In this document: positions 32,601-40,617 of the stretch, piece after piece | Numbering within the stretch: position 1 is the stretch's first letter | How the letters are laid out: every line of letters begins with the position of its first letter | Assembly (NCBI GenBank): GCA_947623925.1 | Contig: CANQID010000003.1 | Coordinates: 6,728 to 70,727, forward strand | Origin: an uncultured Bacilli bacterium | GTDB taxonomy: Bacteria > Bacillota_I > Bacilli_A > RF39 > UBA660 | DNA length: 64,000 nt | Direction of reading: 5' to 3' | The notes under the pieces: model-generated | Databases searched by the model: none | Seen by the model: the letters and a program-made list of their open reading frames with translations, nothing else | Told to the model about the DNA's origin: nothing | Program-made: the position numbers and the translations under genes

Positions 32601-32938
32601 AAATATCTTAAATATCCCATTAAGTTTGTAACAACTATTTTTTTACAATCTAATAAGTCATTTAATGTTTCCAATCTTGTATCTTTTAGTTCTGGAGAAA
32701 TAGCTAATGCCTCACTTGTTAAAAAATCATCCATCGGAAAAAGTAATACATCTTCTGTATAAGATAATAATTGTTGATAAAATTTATTAGCTTCAAATAA
32801 TGTACTTGTTACAATAAGTACTTTACCCTTTGTTTTATTATAATAATTAAATACATAAATTGCTTTTAAACTATCATTTAATCCAGTAATTTGTGAATTT
32901 TTATCACTAATTTTAAATATATTATCAAATATAGACAT
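29630..32938 (-). CDS. mfd: Transcription-repair coupling factor
   Basis: CarD-like RID (VHYSHGIGRY), GDVGYGKT, DEEQRFG, QIRGRVGR. Confidence 0.98.
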   Translation of the reverse strand: MSIFDNIFKISDKNSQITGLNDSLKAIYVFNYYNKTKGKVLIVTSTLFEANKFYQQLLSYTEDVLLFPMDDFLTSEALAISPELKDTRLETLNDLLDCKKIVVTNLMGYLRYLPSKNIYESNIINLKINMEYNKDDLITKLSNIGYSHEVIVDKTGTFASRGYVLDVFPVSSKNPIRIEFFGDEIETIKEFNVDSQLTVKKLSEKVIYPNTEFLVDKKSNVIDNFSQKYLKNYINPISLYKFMDEPFVFFNDYEGIKESYKSLIEEIYDYNVEQNIEQDFKYMNDFYDINVKSFKDFISFDNDTGNAVEKYLSNDIENFSGTLNDIYNRLNQYITKNKTVIICLSDRYKVEKFIREFDSKNIVFTNENDIIDNKINIIIKSIKSGFGYENYIVISESEIYNRKPDQFKYKTSFKLGTKIRDINKLNVGDYIVHYSHGIGRYIGIKTLSKNGFKKDYLELEYKDGDKLYIPVEKIELISKYSSNEGIVPKINKLGTSEWQKTKMKVQEKIKSIASDLLKLYAQRESSVGIKFDSDSDEQIQFEKQFTYDETKDQLRVTEEIKKDMESIKPMDRLLCGDVGYGKTEVAFRAAFKAIISGYQVAMLCPTTILSNQHFQNALNRFSSFAVNIKLLNRFTTTKEAKTIIKDLKEGKIDLLIGTHRILSDDINFKKLGLLIVDEEQRFGVRHKEKIKQFKNNIDVLTLSATPIPRTLQMSMSGIRSLSLLETPPIDRYPVQTYVIAENNQIIKDAIHKELSRNGQVFILYNSISSMDRKKMEISRLVPEAKIVCAHGKMSKTELENIMFSFINKEFDILLCTTIIETGIDIQNANTLIIMDSDKFGLSQLYQIRGRVGRSNKIAYCYLMYDKHKILSEIAIKRLKVIKEFTELGSGFSIAVRDLSIRGAGDILGSEQAGFVDTVGVEMFINMLNEEIQKQKGELVENKESSANEIPLLDVTTSIDDKYVSDVPLKIEIHKMINSIDSNEKLDKIKSQIEDRFGKITDELEIYMNEELFEKKARNLGINKINQTKNFVELILPPQLTLNIDGEKLFMGANCISRMFRFSMKNRSLSIILDIIKLDKHYIYYLIELCDLINNCIKSKNME

Positions 32939-32989
32939 ATTACTCCTCCTATCAACATTAAAAGTGATACTTTATTTAAGTACCACACA

Positions 32990-33544
32990 TCAATTATATT
33001 TATTCATAAGATTATTGAAATTCATTTTAAAATAATCGTCTAGTATGTATACTGATTTCTCAATAACTTCATTTATTTTTTCTTTTTCAGATGAACTTAA
33101 TTTTCCTAAAACATAATCTTTAGTATCTATCATTTTATTATTAGATATTCCTATACGAAGTCTTTTATAATTTTGGGTTGCTAAATTAAATTCTATATTT
33201 TTTAAACCATTATGTCCTCCACTACTACCCTTATATCTTAATTTATAACTTCCACACTCTATATCAAGATCATCATGTATAACAAATATATCATCTATAT
33301 CTATTTTAAAATAACTCATAAATTTTTGAATAACTTCACCTGAAAGATTAATATATTTTTGAGGTTTTAAAAAAATAACATTTTCATCATTAATAATAGT
33401 TTTAGTATATACTCCATCATATTTATTATAAGAAAATTTTAAATTTTTAGTTTTAATATAATTGTCTAAAACCATAAATCCTATATTATGTCTTGTGTTT
33501 TCATATTCATTTCCTGGATTACCTAATCCAACAATTAATTTCAT
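32990..33544 (-). CDS. pth: Peptidyl-tRNA hydrolase
   Basis: LIVGLGNPG, TRHNIG, GGHNGLK. Confidence 0.98.
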   Translation of the reverse strand: MKLIVGLGNPGNEYENTRHNIGFMVLDNYIKTKNLKFSYNKYDGVYTKTIINDENVIFLKPQKYINLSGEVIQKFMSYFKIDIDDIFVIHDDLDIECGSYKLRYKGSSGGHNGLKNIEFNLATQNYKRLRIGISNNKMIDTKDYVLGKLSSSEKEKINEVIEKSVYILDDYFKMNFNNLMNKYN

Positions 33545-33582
33545 ATAAATAACCACCTTTCACAAATAAAACAATTTAGTAA

Positions 33583-34425
33583 TTATTTTTTAATACCATG
33601 ATATTCATTATAAACTTGATTTTTTGGCAACCCTCTTTTTGCAGCAACTATTTTAATTGCATCTTTAAGATTATTACCTAAAGCAACTATGGAATTTACA
33701 TGTTCAATAATTGTCAAATTGTCATAATTTTCACCTTGTTTATTACCATCAATTACTATAACAAGTTCACCTTTTATGTCCGTCACTTGTTCAATTACTT
33801 CTTCTAATGTACCTCTATAAATTTCTTCAAATTTTTTACTTATTTCCCGGGAAATGCTTATGTTTCTGTTTCCAAAAACTTCTTTTATATCATATAAAGT
33901 TTTCGTTATTCTATGAGGTGCTTCATAAAAAATAATAGTATAAGGTAATAATTTTAATTTTTCTAATTCTTTTTTTCTTTTACCTTCTTTATTATTCAAA
34001 AAACCATAAAAAAGAAAAGGCATTGGGTCAAGTCCTGATGTTATGAGTGCTGGAATTAAGGCAGTTGGACCTGGTAACCCTACAACATTATATCCTAAAT
34101 TAATTGCATGTTTTGCAAGTACAAAACCAGGGTCACTTATAATAGGTGTTCCCCTGTCACTTACTAAAGCAACGTTATATCCATCTTTTAAATACTTTTC
34201 TAATTTTATTTTGTTTTCTTCTTCATTATAATTATGATTAGATATCAATTTTTTGGATATTTGAAAATGTTTAAGTAATAATGATGTTACTCTAGTATCT
34301 TCCGAAAAAATTACTTCTACTGATTTTAAAATATTCAATGACCTAATTGTAATATCTTCCATATTACCTATTGGAGTTGGCACTAAATATAAAGTAGGAG
34401 TATTATTATAACTTTTTTGTGACAT
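33583..34425 (-). CDS. rsmI: 16S rRNA C1402 2'-O-methyltransferase
   Basis: LVPTPIGN, EDTR, SDRGTP, YEAPHR. Confidence 0.97.
   Translation of the reverse strand: MSQKSYNNTPTLYLVPTPIGNMEDITIRSLNILKSVEVIFSEDTRVTSLLLKHFQISKKLISNHNYNEEENKIKLEKYLKDGYNVALVSDRGTPIISDPGFVLAKHAINLGYNVVGLPGPTALIPALITSGLDPMPFLFYGFLNNKEGKRKKELEKLKLLPYTIIFYEAPHRITKTLYDIKEVFGNRNISISREISKKFEEIYRGTLEEVIEQVTDIKGELVIVIDGNKQGENYDNLTIIEHVNSIVALGNNLKDAIKIVAAKRGLPKNQVYNEYHGIKK
33842..33855. promoter_or_regulatory. Noc-binding site (NBS), perfect palindrome
   Basis: ATTTCCCGGGAAAT equals the Bacillus NBS consensus; lies within rsmI. Confidence 0.7.
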
Positions 34426-34436
34426 AAAATCACTCC

Positions 34437-35156
34437 TTAATTAAAAAAGGTTTTAACCTGATCTGTATATTCCCCATTTTCTTCATGTGTATAAATAGGT
34501 GGTAATATTTTTAATCCAGGATTTCCATTTTTTTTGCCTTCTATTAAAAGTATATTAGCTTCTAAATTTTTTTTAGGATAAACAAACTGAATTTTTTTAG
34601 GTTCTATATTATTTTTTTTCATTTCTTCTAATATCTCCACTAACCTCTCTGGTCTATGAACAATTGCAATTACACCATTATTTTTTAACAATTTTCTAGA
34701 TATCTTAAATACTTGTGACAAATTAAGTTTAATTTCATGTCTAGCAATGGTTTTATAAATATCTTTTTTAAAATTTGAATCTTCATTAACCTTAAAAAAT
34801 GGAGGATTACATGTTATTACATCAAATATTTCTCTATCAAATTTTTTTGCATATTCATTTATATCTTCATTTAATATTTTTATTCTATCTTCTAAATTAT
34901 TAATCTTAACAGATTGTATAGCTAAATCAAAAACCTCTTTTTGTATTTCAACACCAATTATATTTGCATTAGTCTTTGTTGATAATATAAGTGGTATGGG
35001 AGCATTCCCACAACCTATATCTAATATGTTTTTTATGTTTTTATTCAATGTAACAAAATTAGGAAGTAATATAGAATCCAAGGAAAAATTAAACATTTGT
35101 GTATTTTGTACAATATTTATATTTTTATCCTTTAATAAATAGTTAATTACATTCAT
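34437..35156 (-). CDS. tRNA1(Val) A37 N6-methyltransferase (YabB/TrmN6)
   Basis: FSLDSILL, LDIGCG, CNPPFF, ARHE; synteny. Confidence 0.9.
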   Translation of the reverse strand: MNVINYLLKDKNINIVQNTQMFNFSLDSILLPNFVTLNKNIKNILDIGCGNAPIPLILSTKTNANIIGVEIQKEVFDLAIQSVKINNLEDRIKILNEDINEYAKKFDREIFDVITCNPPFFKVNEDSNFKKDIYKTIARHEIKLNLSQVFKISRKLLKNNGVIAIVHRPERLVEILEEMKKNNIEPKKIQFVYPKKNLEANILLIEGKKNGNPGLKILPPIYTHEENGEYTDQVKTFFN

Positions 35157-35937
35157 TACACAAATCAACCTCTACTATACCAACATCTTGGACATCAACT
35201 TTATATTTTTGTTTTAATATATCAACATATATTACTTTTCCATCACCTTTTTTCGTTTTAATAGTTTGTCCAACAGAAGGTAAATTTTTCTTGCAAATTC
35301 TATAATTTTCATCTTCATAAGTAAGGCAACATAAAAGTCTTCCACATAAACCATTTATTTTATTTGGATTTAATGCGACATTTTGATTTTTAGCCATATT
35401 TACTGATACAGAATCCATATTATTTAAAAATGAACTACAACAAAGTTTTCTACCACATTGGCCACATCCACCTATTTCTTTAGCTTTATCCCTAGCACCT
35501 ATTTGTCTTAATTCAATTCTTGTTTTATATTTGTTTGCTAACTCTTTAGCAAGATTCCTAAAATCTACTCTTGAATCAGATAAAAACCTAAATAATAGTT
35601 TATCCCTATCAAAAGTATACATAGCATCTATTAAATATATATTCATATTAAGTTTCTCTGCTATTTTTCTTGCCATAGATAAAGCTAAAGAGGCATCTTT
35701 TATATTTTTATCATATGTTTTTTTATCCTCTTTATCTGCAATCCTAAGTACAGATTTTAATGGCGATTTTATTTGACTTTCATTTAATTTTATATGAGTT
35801 TTTACAACTGCAGCATATTGAAGTCCATGTTCCGTTTCTACTATAACTTGCATTTTTTCCTTTAAATTCAATTTATTAGGTAAAAAATAATATACTTGTC
35901 CACTTTCTTTAAATGTTACTCCTATTACATCTAACAT
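35143..35937 (-). CDS. ricT: PSP1-domain Fe-S protein RicT (YaaT)
   Basis: RVDFR, RIELRQIG, CGQCGRKLCC, GLCGRLLCCL. Confidence 0.93.
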   Translation of the reverse strand: MLDVIGVTFKESGQVYYFLPNKLNLKEKMQVIVETEHGLQYAAVVKTHIKLNESQIKSPLKSVLRIADKEDKKTYDKNIKDASLALSMARKIAEKLNMNIYLIDAMYTFDRDKLLFRFLSDSRVDFRNLAKELANKYKTRIELRQIGARDKAKEIGGCGQCGRKLCCSSFLNNMDSVSVNMAKNQNVALNPNKINGLCGRLLCCLTYEDENYRICKKNLPSVGQTIKTKKGDGKVIYVDILKQKYKVDVQDVGIVEVDLCNECN

Positions 35938-36878
35938 TTTAATTCCCCCATATCTACTATAAACTTGTCCATCAACATATTTAAATTTAAATTATATTTT
36001 ATTTTTTCTTTATAATCTAAAACTAGATCTAATTTTGAACAAAGCAAATTAACTGTATTTTTATTTACTAAATATTGAAGTATATCAGTATCATCGTTAG
36101 ACATATTTAATTTCATTTCTATTGCCCTTTTATAAATTATGATAAACAATGAAAACGCAAAAATATAATCTTCTTTTTTTACAAAGTTTTTATTAAAATC
36201 TTTATTTACATATAATAGACTGTCAATACCTTTTTCTTCTATTAATTTTAAAAATTTAATAGCACTATCTATCTTTGATATGGTGCTTTCATTTTCAATA
36301 AAATTACCTTTTTCTGTTTCTTTTACATAAAGTATGTCAGATAATTCATCTGCTATGGTTTTTGATTTGCTGAGATTCTTTTTTAAAGATATAATTTGAC
36401 ATCTAGATAATATAGTACTTAAAAGTAAATTTTTGTTAGATGTAATTAAAATTGCAATTATGTTTTCTTCTGGTTCTTCTAAAAATTTTAATAAAGCAGC
36501 CGAAGAAGATTCATTTAATTTTTCTGCTTCTTCTATTATATATACTTTTTTATTAGATTCAATAGATTTCAAATTAAATTCCTCTTGTAAATCACTTATT
36601 TGCTCTTTTTTTATTTGTAAAGTATCACTTTTAAGTATCTTTAATTCTGAAAAACAATTATTATCTATTCTATGGCATTGTGTACAATCAACACAATTTT
36701 TATTATTGCTTTTATTTAAAGGGCATAATAAAAATTTTGCAAATGATAGAGCAAAATCAAATCCTGAAGAATTGTAATTTGTCTCTATTAAATATGCATG
36801 TGAAATTCTATTTTTATAAACTGAGTTAGCCAACATCTTATATGAAATTGGTTGGCTATCTATATATGCATCTAACAT
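35931..36878 (-). CDS. holB: DNA polymerase III delta-prime subunit
   Basis: SHAYL, zinc Cys cluster, LLKFLEEP, TILSRCQ. Confidence 0.92.
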   Translation of the reverse strand: MLDAYIDSQPISYKMLANSVYKNRISHAYLIETNYNSSGFDFALSFAKFLLCPLNKSNNKNCVDCTQCHRIDNNCFSELKILKSDTLQIKKEQISDLQEEFNLKSIESNKKVYIIEEAEKLNESSSAALLKFLEEPEENIIAILITSNKNLLLSTILSRCQIISLKKNLSKSKTIADELSDILYVKETEKGNFIENESTISKIDSAIKFLKLIEEKGIDSLLYVNKDFNKNFVKKEDYIFAFSLFIIIYKRAIEMKLNMSNDDTDILQYLVNKNTVNLLCSKLDLVLDYKEKIKYNLNLNMLMDKFIVDMGELKC

Positions 36879-36890
36879 ACTTCCACCTCA

Positions 36891-37088
36891 TTAAAAAGCA
36901 ATCAAGAATATGGCAATAAACCCACAAAGTGCTGGAACACCAAACAATGTTATAAACACAAGTGTTATTATATTTATTGGGATAATTACTCCTAAAGGTG
37001 CTGCTATTAAATTGTAACCATATAACAAAAAACAAGTTAATACTAGTCTTTTTAAAACTTTAAATATTTTCTTTATCATTTTGTCCAC
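36891..37088 (-). CDS. bofA: Pro-sigmaK processing inhibitor BofA family protein
   Basis: Small membrane protein with N...IPINIIT....LFGVP motif, downstream of recR. Confidence 0.8.
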   Translation of the reverse strand: MDKMIKKIFKVLKRLVLTCFLLYGYNLIAAPLGVIIPINIITLVFITLFGVPALCGFIAIFLIAF

Positions 37089-37117
37089 CCAATAAATAAT
37101 ATGTTATGATTATAACT

Positions 37118-37723
37118 TTATTCTGATATTTTCATTCTATTATCAAATGCAAGTTCTAAAGTTAATGAATCTAAATATTCCATATCCGCTCCTATCGGAA
37201 CTCCATACGCAATTTTACTTATCACAACATTCAAATCGGATAAAATTTTTGATATATATAATGATGTTGTTTCACCTTCAATACTTGGTTTTACTGCTAT
37301 TATAACTTCTTTTATATTTTCATTTTTAATTCTTTCAATTAAATTCGATATATTTATATCATTAGGTGTTATTCCATCAAGTGGTGAAATAAGACCACCT
37401 AAAACATGATATTTTCCATTAAAAATACCTACCTTTTCAAGTGTTCTTACATCTTTGGGTTCTTCTACTATACACAAAATGCCATTATCTCTTGTTTTAT
37501 CTGCACATATATCACAAATATCTTCTTCTGATAGATGATTGCAAATAGAACATCTTTTAATTTTATCTTTTACTGAAAGCAAATTTTCAGCAAAAAATTT
37601 TAATACATCATCATCTAATTCTAATATTGATAAAGCCATACGTTCCGCTGACTTTTCACCAACACCTGGAAGTTTTTTCAAACATTCAATTAAATTAGTG
37701 ATGGTTTTTGGATAACCAGTCAT
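37118..37723 (-). CDS. recR: Recombination protein RecR
   Basis: LPGVGEKSAER, C4 zinc finger, YHVLGG, EGETT. Confidence 0.98.
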   Translation of the reverse strand: MTGYPKTITNLIECLKKLPGVGEKSAERMALSILELDDDVLKFFAENLLSVKDKIKRCSICNHLSEEDICDICADKTRDNGILCIVEEPKDVRTLEKVGIFNGKYHVLGGLISPLDGITPNDINISNLIERIKNENIKEVIIAVKPSIEGETTSLYISKILSDLNVVISKIAYGVPIGADMEYLDSLTLELAFDNRMKISE

Positions 37724-37726
37724 ATA

Positions 37727-38023
37727 TTAAAATAATCCCGGTAATCCTTGTGTATATTTTCCCATTTTATTTTCTGTTTCATTATCAATTTTTTTCATTG
37801 CATCATTTACAGCTAAAACTATCATATCCTGTAACATTTCTATGTCTTCCTCTGATAAATTTTTTTCTCCTATTTTTAATTCTACTAATTGCTTATTTCC
37901 TAAAACTTTTACTTCTACAAAAGAAGAAGTGCCAGTAAATACGGTTTCATCTATTTTCTTCTTTTCTTCCATCATTTCTTTTTGTAATTTTTGTGCTTGT
38001 TTCATCATTGCTTGTATATTCAT
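37727..38023 (-). CDS. YbaB/EbfC nucleoid-associated protein
   Basis: MMKQAQKLQ; EDIEMLQDMI; between dnaX and recR. Confidence 0.95.
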   Translation of the reverse strand: MNIQAMMKQAQKLQKEMMEEKKKIDETVFTGTSSFVEVKVLGNKQLVELKIGEKNLSEEDIEMLQDMIVLAVNDAMKKIDNETENKMGKYTQGLPGLF

Positions 38024-38039
38024 TTTTTTCCCTCTTTTC

Positions 38040-39731
38040 TTAAATATATTCTATACAGTCATTAAAAGTTTGTTGTATTTCATTTTCTGTATTATTTTCT
38101 TTTTCATAAATATCTTCTTCTTTAATTAAGTCAAAATCATATTCATATTTTTTTTGTTTACTATTAAATTCTGTTTTGATTATATTCCAATCATCTAAAT
38201 ATGTAGAAATTATTTTTATTTCATCAGCAAATACTTCATTTATTAATTTTTCTACTAAAGGTATATTTTCATTGAAACTTTCTGATGATGATTTTTGCTC
38301 AAATACTATTATAACACCATCTTTACTAGCAGCTTTTATTTGTGCGTCTAATAATAACGAAATAAATTTTCCATACGTTGGATCAATTATTCTTTGTTTT
38401 AAAGTATCGAAATTTGATTTAAATAAAGGAATTCTGCTTTTTTCTAAATTTGATAATACATTATTAATTCTTTGTTTTTTAAATCTTTCATATTTTTCAT
38501 ATGATTTAAATCTATAACAAATTTCGTCATTTTCAATATCATTGTGTACTTTTGACGCATTATGTTTTTTTTCATATGTTTTATCTTTTTTTTCTTGATT
38601 TTTTACATCAATTATACTGTTTTCTTTTAATGTTTTATTTAAATTATCTGCTTTAAAATTTTCAACTATTCGTATTAAAGAAAGCTCTAATAAAATTTTG
38701 GGATTTGTGCTATTCGATATTTTATATAATGTTTCATTTAATATTTCAATACAATTTAATAATGGAGTAATTTCAATATCCTTAAATTCAGTAAACTTAT
38801 CAAACTTGTTTGTTATTGATTCCAAATAAGATGGTGTTTCTTTACTTAAAATTATATTTTCAAAAAATTTAATCAATTGCTCAATAAATTTTTTTATATT
38901 TATTCCATTTTCATCGTACAACTTTAATAATGATAAAATTGAATTTAAATCTTTATTTATAATTGTTTTAGTAAATTCGAACATTTTATCAAAATTTAAA
39001 GTTCCACTCACATCATGAACATCATTTTCAGTTATAACTTGATTTTTATCAACATAAGATATTATTTGATCAAGTAAACTTATAGAATCTCTCATACCTC
39101 CATCACTTAAATTTGCTATCTCATACAAAGCAGATTCTTCTATATCAACATTCTCGTTCTTGCATATGTATTTTAATCTTTCAACTATATCAGAATCAGT
39201 TATTTTCCTAAAATCAAACCTTTGACACCTAGACAATATAGTACTTGGTATTTTGTGTGGTTCTGTAGTTGCCAATATAAAAATAACATGTTTAGGAGGT
39301 TCCTCTAATGTTTTTAATAAAGCATTAAATGCTCCTGTTGTAAGCATATGAACTTCATCTATTATATATACTTTATACTTGCTATACGTAGGAACAAGCG
39401 TAACCTTATTCCTTATTTCTCTTATTTCATCTACACCATTATTTGATGCAGCATCTATTTCTATTATATCAGTATTTTGCTTCATACTTGTTTGTGTACA
39501 GCTTACACAAACACCACATGGTTTTGAATCTTTAGGTGCCTCACAATTAATTAATTTAGCAAATGCTTTTGCAATACTTGTTTTACCAGTACCTCTAGGT
39601 CCAGTAAATAAATATGCGTGAGTTATTTTATTATTTTTTATAGAATTGATAAGTGTATTTACTATTACTTTTTGTCCTATAACATCTGACAGATTGTCGG
39701 GTCGATATTTTCTATATAATGCTTGATACAT
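38040..39731 (-). CDS. dnaX: DNA polymerase III gamma/tau
   Basis: ALYRKYRP, GPRGTGKT, EIDAASN, IIDEVHML. Confidence 0.98.
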   Translation of the reverse strand: MYQALYRKYRPDNLSDVIGQKVIVNTLINSIKNNKITHAYLFTGPRGTGKTSIAKAFAKLINCEAPKDSKPCGVCVSCTQTSMKQNTDIIEIDAASNNGVDEIREIRNKVTLVPTYSKYKVYIIDEVHMLTTGAFNALLKTLEEPPKHVIFILATTEPHKIPSTILSRCQRFDFRKITDSDIVERLKYICKNENVDIEESALYEIANLSDGGMRDSISLLDQIISYVDKNQVITENDVHDVSGTLNFDKMFEFTKTIINKDLNSILSLLKLYDENGINIKKFIEQLIKFFENIILSKETPSYLESITNKFDKFTEFKDIEITPLLNCIEILNETLYKISNSTNPKILLELSLIRIVENFKADNLNKTLKENSIIDVKNQEKKDKTYEKKHNASKVHNDIENDEICYRFKSYEKYERFKKQRINNVLSNLEKSRIPLFKSNFDTLKQRIIDPTYGKFISLLLDAQIKAASKDGVIIVFEQKSSSESFNENIPLVEKLINEVFADEIKIISTYLDDWNIIKTEFNSKQKKYEYDFDLIKEEDIYEKENNTENEIQQTFNDCIEYI

Positions 39732-39781
39732 GTAATCACCTCTATATCTAAATATATTATACCATTAAATTAACATATATT

Positions 39782-40198
39782 TTACCTTTTTGATTTAAAA
39801 AATTTTTTTAATAAATTAGAAGATTCATCGGAGTTCATACCTATTTCAACTTCAATATTTTTAGTATTGATATTTTTTATGTATCCAAAATTTACATTTT
39901 CAACAGAATAATATATTTTTTTTATTCTACTTTGAATTATAGCTCCTGTGCACATCATACATGGTTCCATTGTTATATATATTTCACAATCATCCAAGTG
40001 CCATGTTTTTAATTTTTTGCTTGCTTTTTCTATAGCAATAATTTCAGCATGACTTGTAACACATTTATTTTTTTCCTTTTGATTATGTGCTTTAGATATA
40101 ATATTTTTATCTTTAACAATAACCGCACCTATTGGAACTTCACCTTTTTTATAAGCCTTTTTTGCTTCTTTAATAGCTAATTCCATATATTTACTCAT
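39782..40198 (-). CDS. tadA: tRNA adenosine deaminase
   Basis: GEVPIGAV, HAE, EPCMMC; synteny with dnaX and SRP RNA. Confidence 0.9.
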   Translation of the reverse strand: MSKYMELAIKEAKKAYKKGEVPIGAVIVKDKNIISKAHNQKEKNKCVTSHAEIIAIEKASKKLKTWHLDDCEIYITMEPCMMCTGAIIQSRIKKIYYSVENVNFGYIKNINTKNIEVEIGMNSDESSNLLKKFFKSKR

Positions 40199-40222
40199 AA
40201 AAACACCTTATTTCAAAAAAAA

Positions 40223-40294
40223 GCACACGTAATTAGGGATTCTTAAGGCTGCTGTTTTCCAACTCTGACCTGATTCAAATATAATTACTGTGCA
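40223..40294 (-). ncRNA. ffs: Signal recognition particle RNA (4.5S-type, minimal)
   Basis: Helix-8 motif GGUCAGA-GUU-GGAA-AAC-AGCAGCC inside a closing stem GCACAGUAAUUA/UAAUUACGUGUGC, followed by a U-tract; next to tadA-dnaX. Confidence 0.9.
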
Positions 40295-40299
40295 TAGAT

Positions 40300-40328
40300 A
40301 ATATATATTATTTTTATTTCTAATGCAA
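40300..40328 (-). promoter_or_regulatory. SigA promoter of the SRP RNA
   Basis: TTGCAT-17 bp-TATATT, 5 nt before the stem. Confidence 0.7.
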
Positions 40329-40349
40329 GTCTTTTATAGTATGATTCGA

Positions 40350-40569
40350 TGTTTCACGTGGAACATATATTTTATTCTAAAACTTTATATTTTTTTATTA
40401 ATGTTTCACGTGGAACATATACTTATTTAAAAACTTTATATTTTCATCAATGTTTCACGTGGAACATATATTTTATTTGAAAACTTTATATTTTTTTATT
40501 AATGTTTCACGTGGAACATATATTTTATTCAAAAGCTTTATATTTTTTATTAATGTTTCACGTGAAACA
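40350..40569. repeat. Tandem array of five parS sites
   Basis: TGTTTCACGTGGAACA at 40350, 40402, 40451, 40503 and perfect palindrome TGTTTCACGTGAAACA at 40554; near-identical AT-rich spacers. Confidence 0.95.
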
Positions 40570-40617
40570 TTAAAATATTTTAATTAAATATATAATTTAA
40601 ATAAAAAGAAGCAAATG

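Noticed and set aside
40350-40569. CRISPR-like regularly spaced palindromic repeats
   Set aside because: Spacers are near-identical rather than unique, the repeat is the 16-bp parS consensus, and no cas genes are present
40199-40617. rRNA or tRNA genes expected after gyrA in Bacillus-like order
   Set aside because: No rRNA sequence or tRNA cloverleaf seen; the interval is explained by the SRP RNA and the parS array
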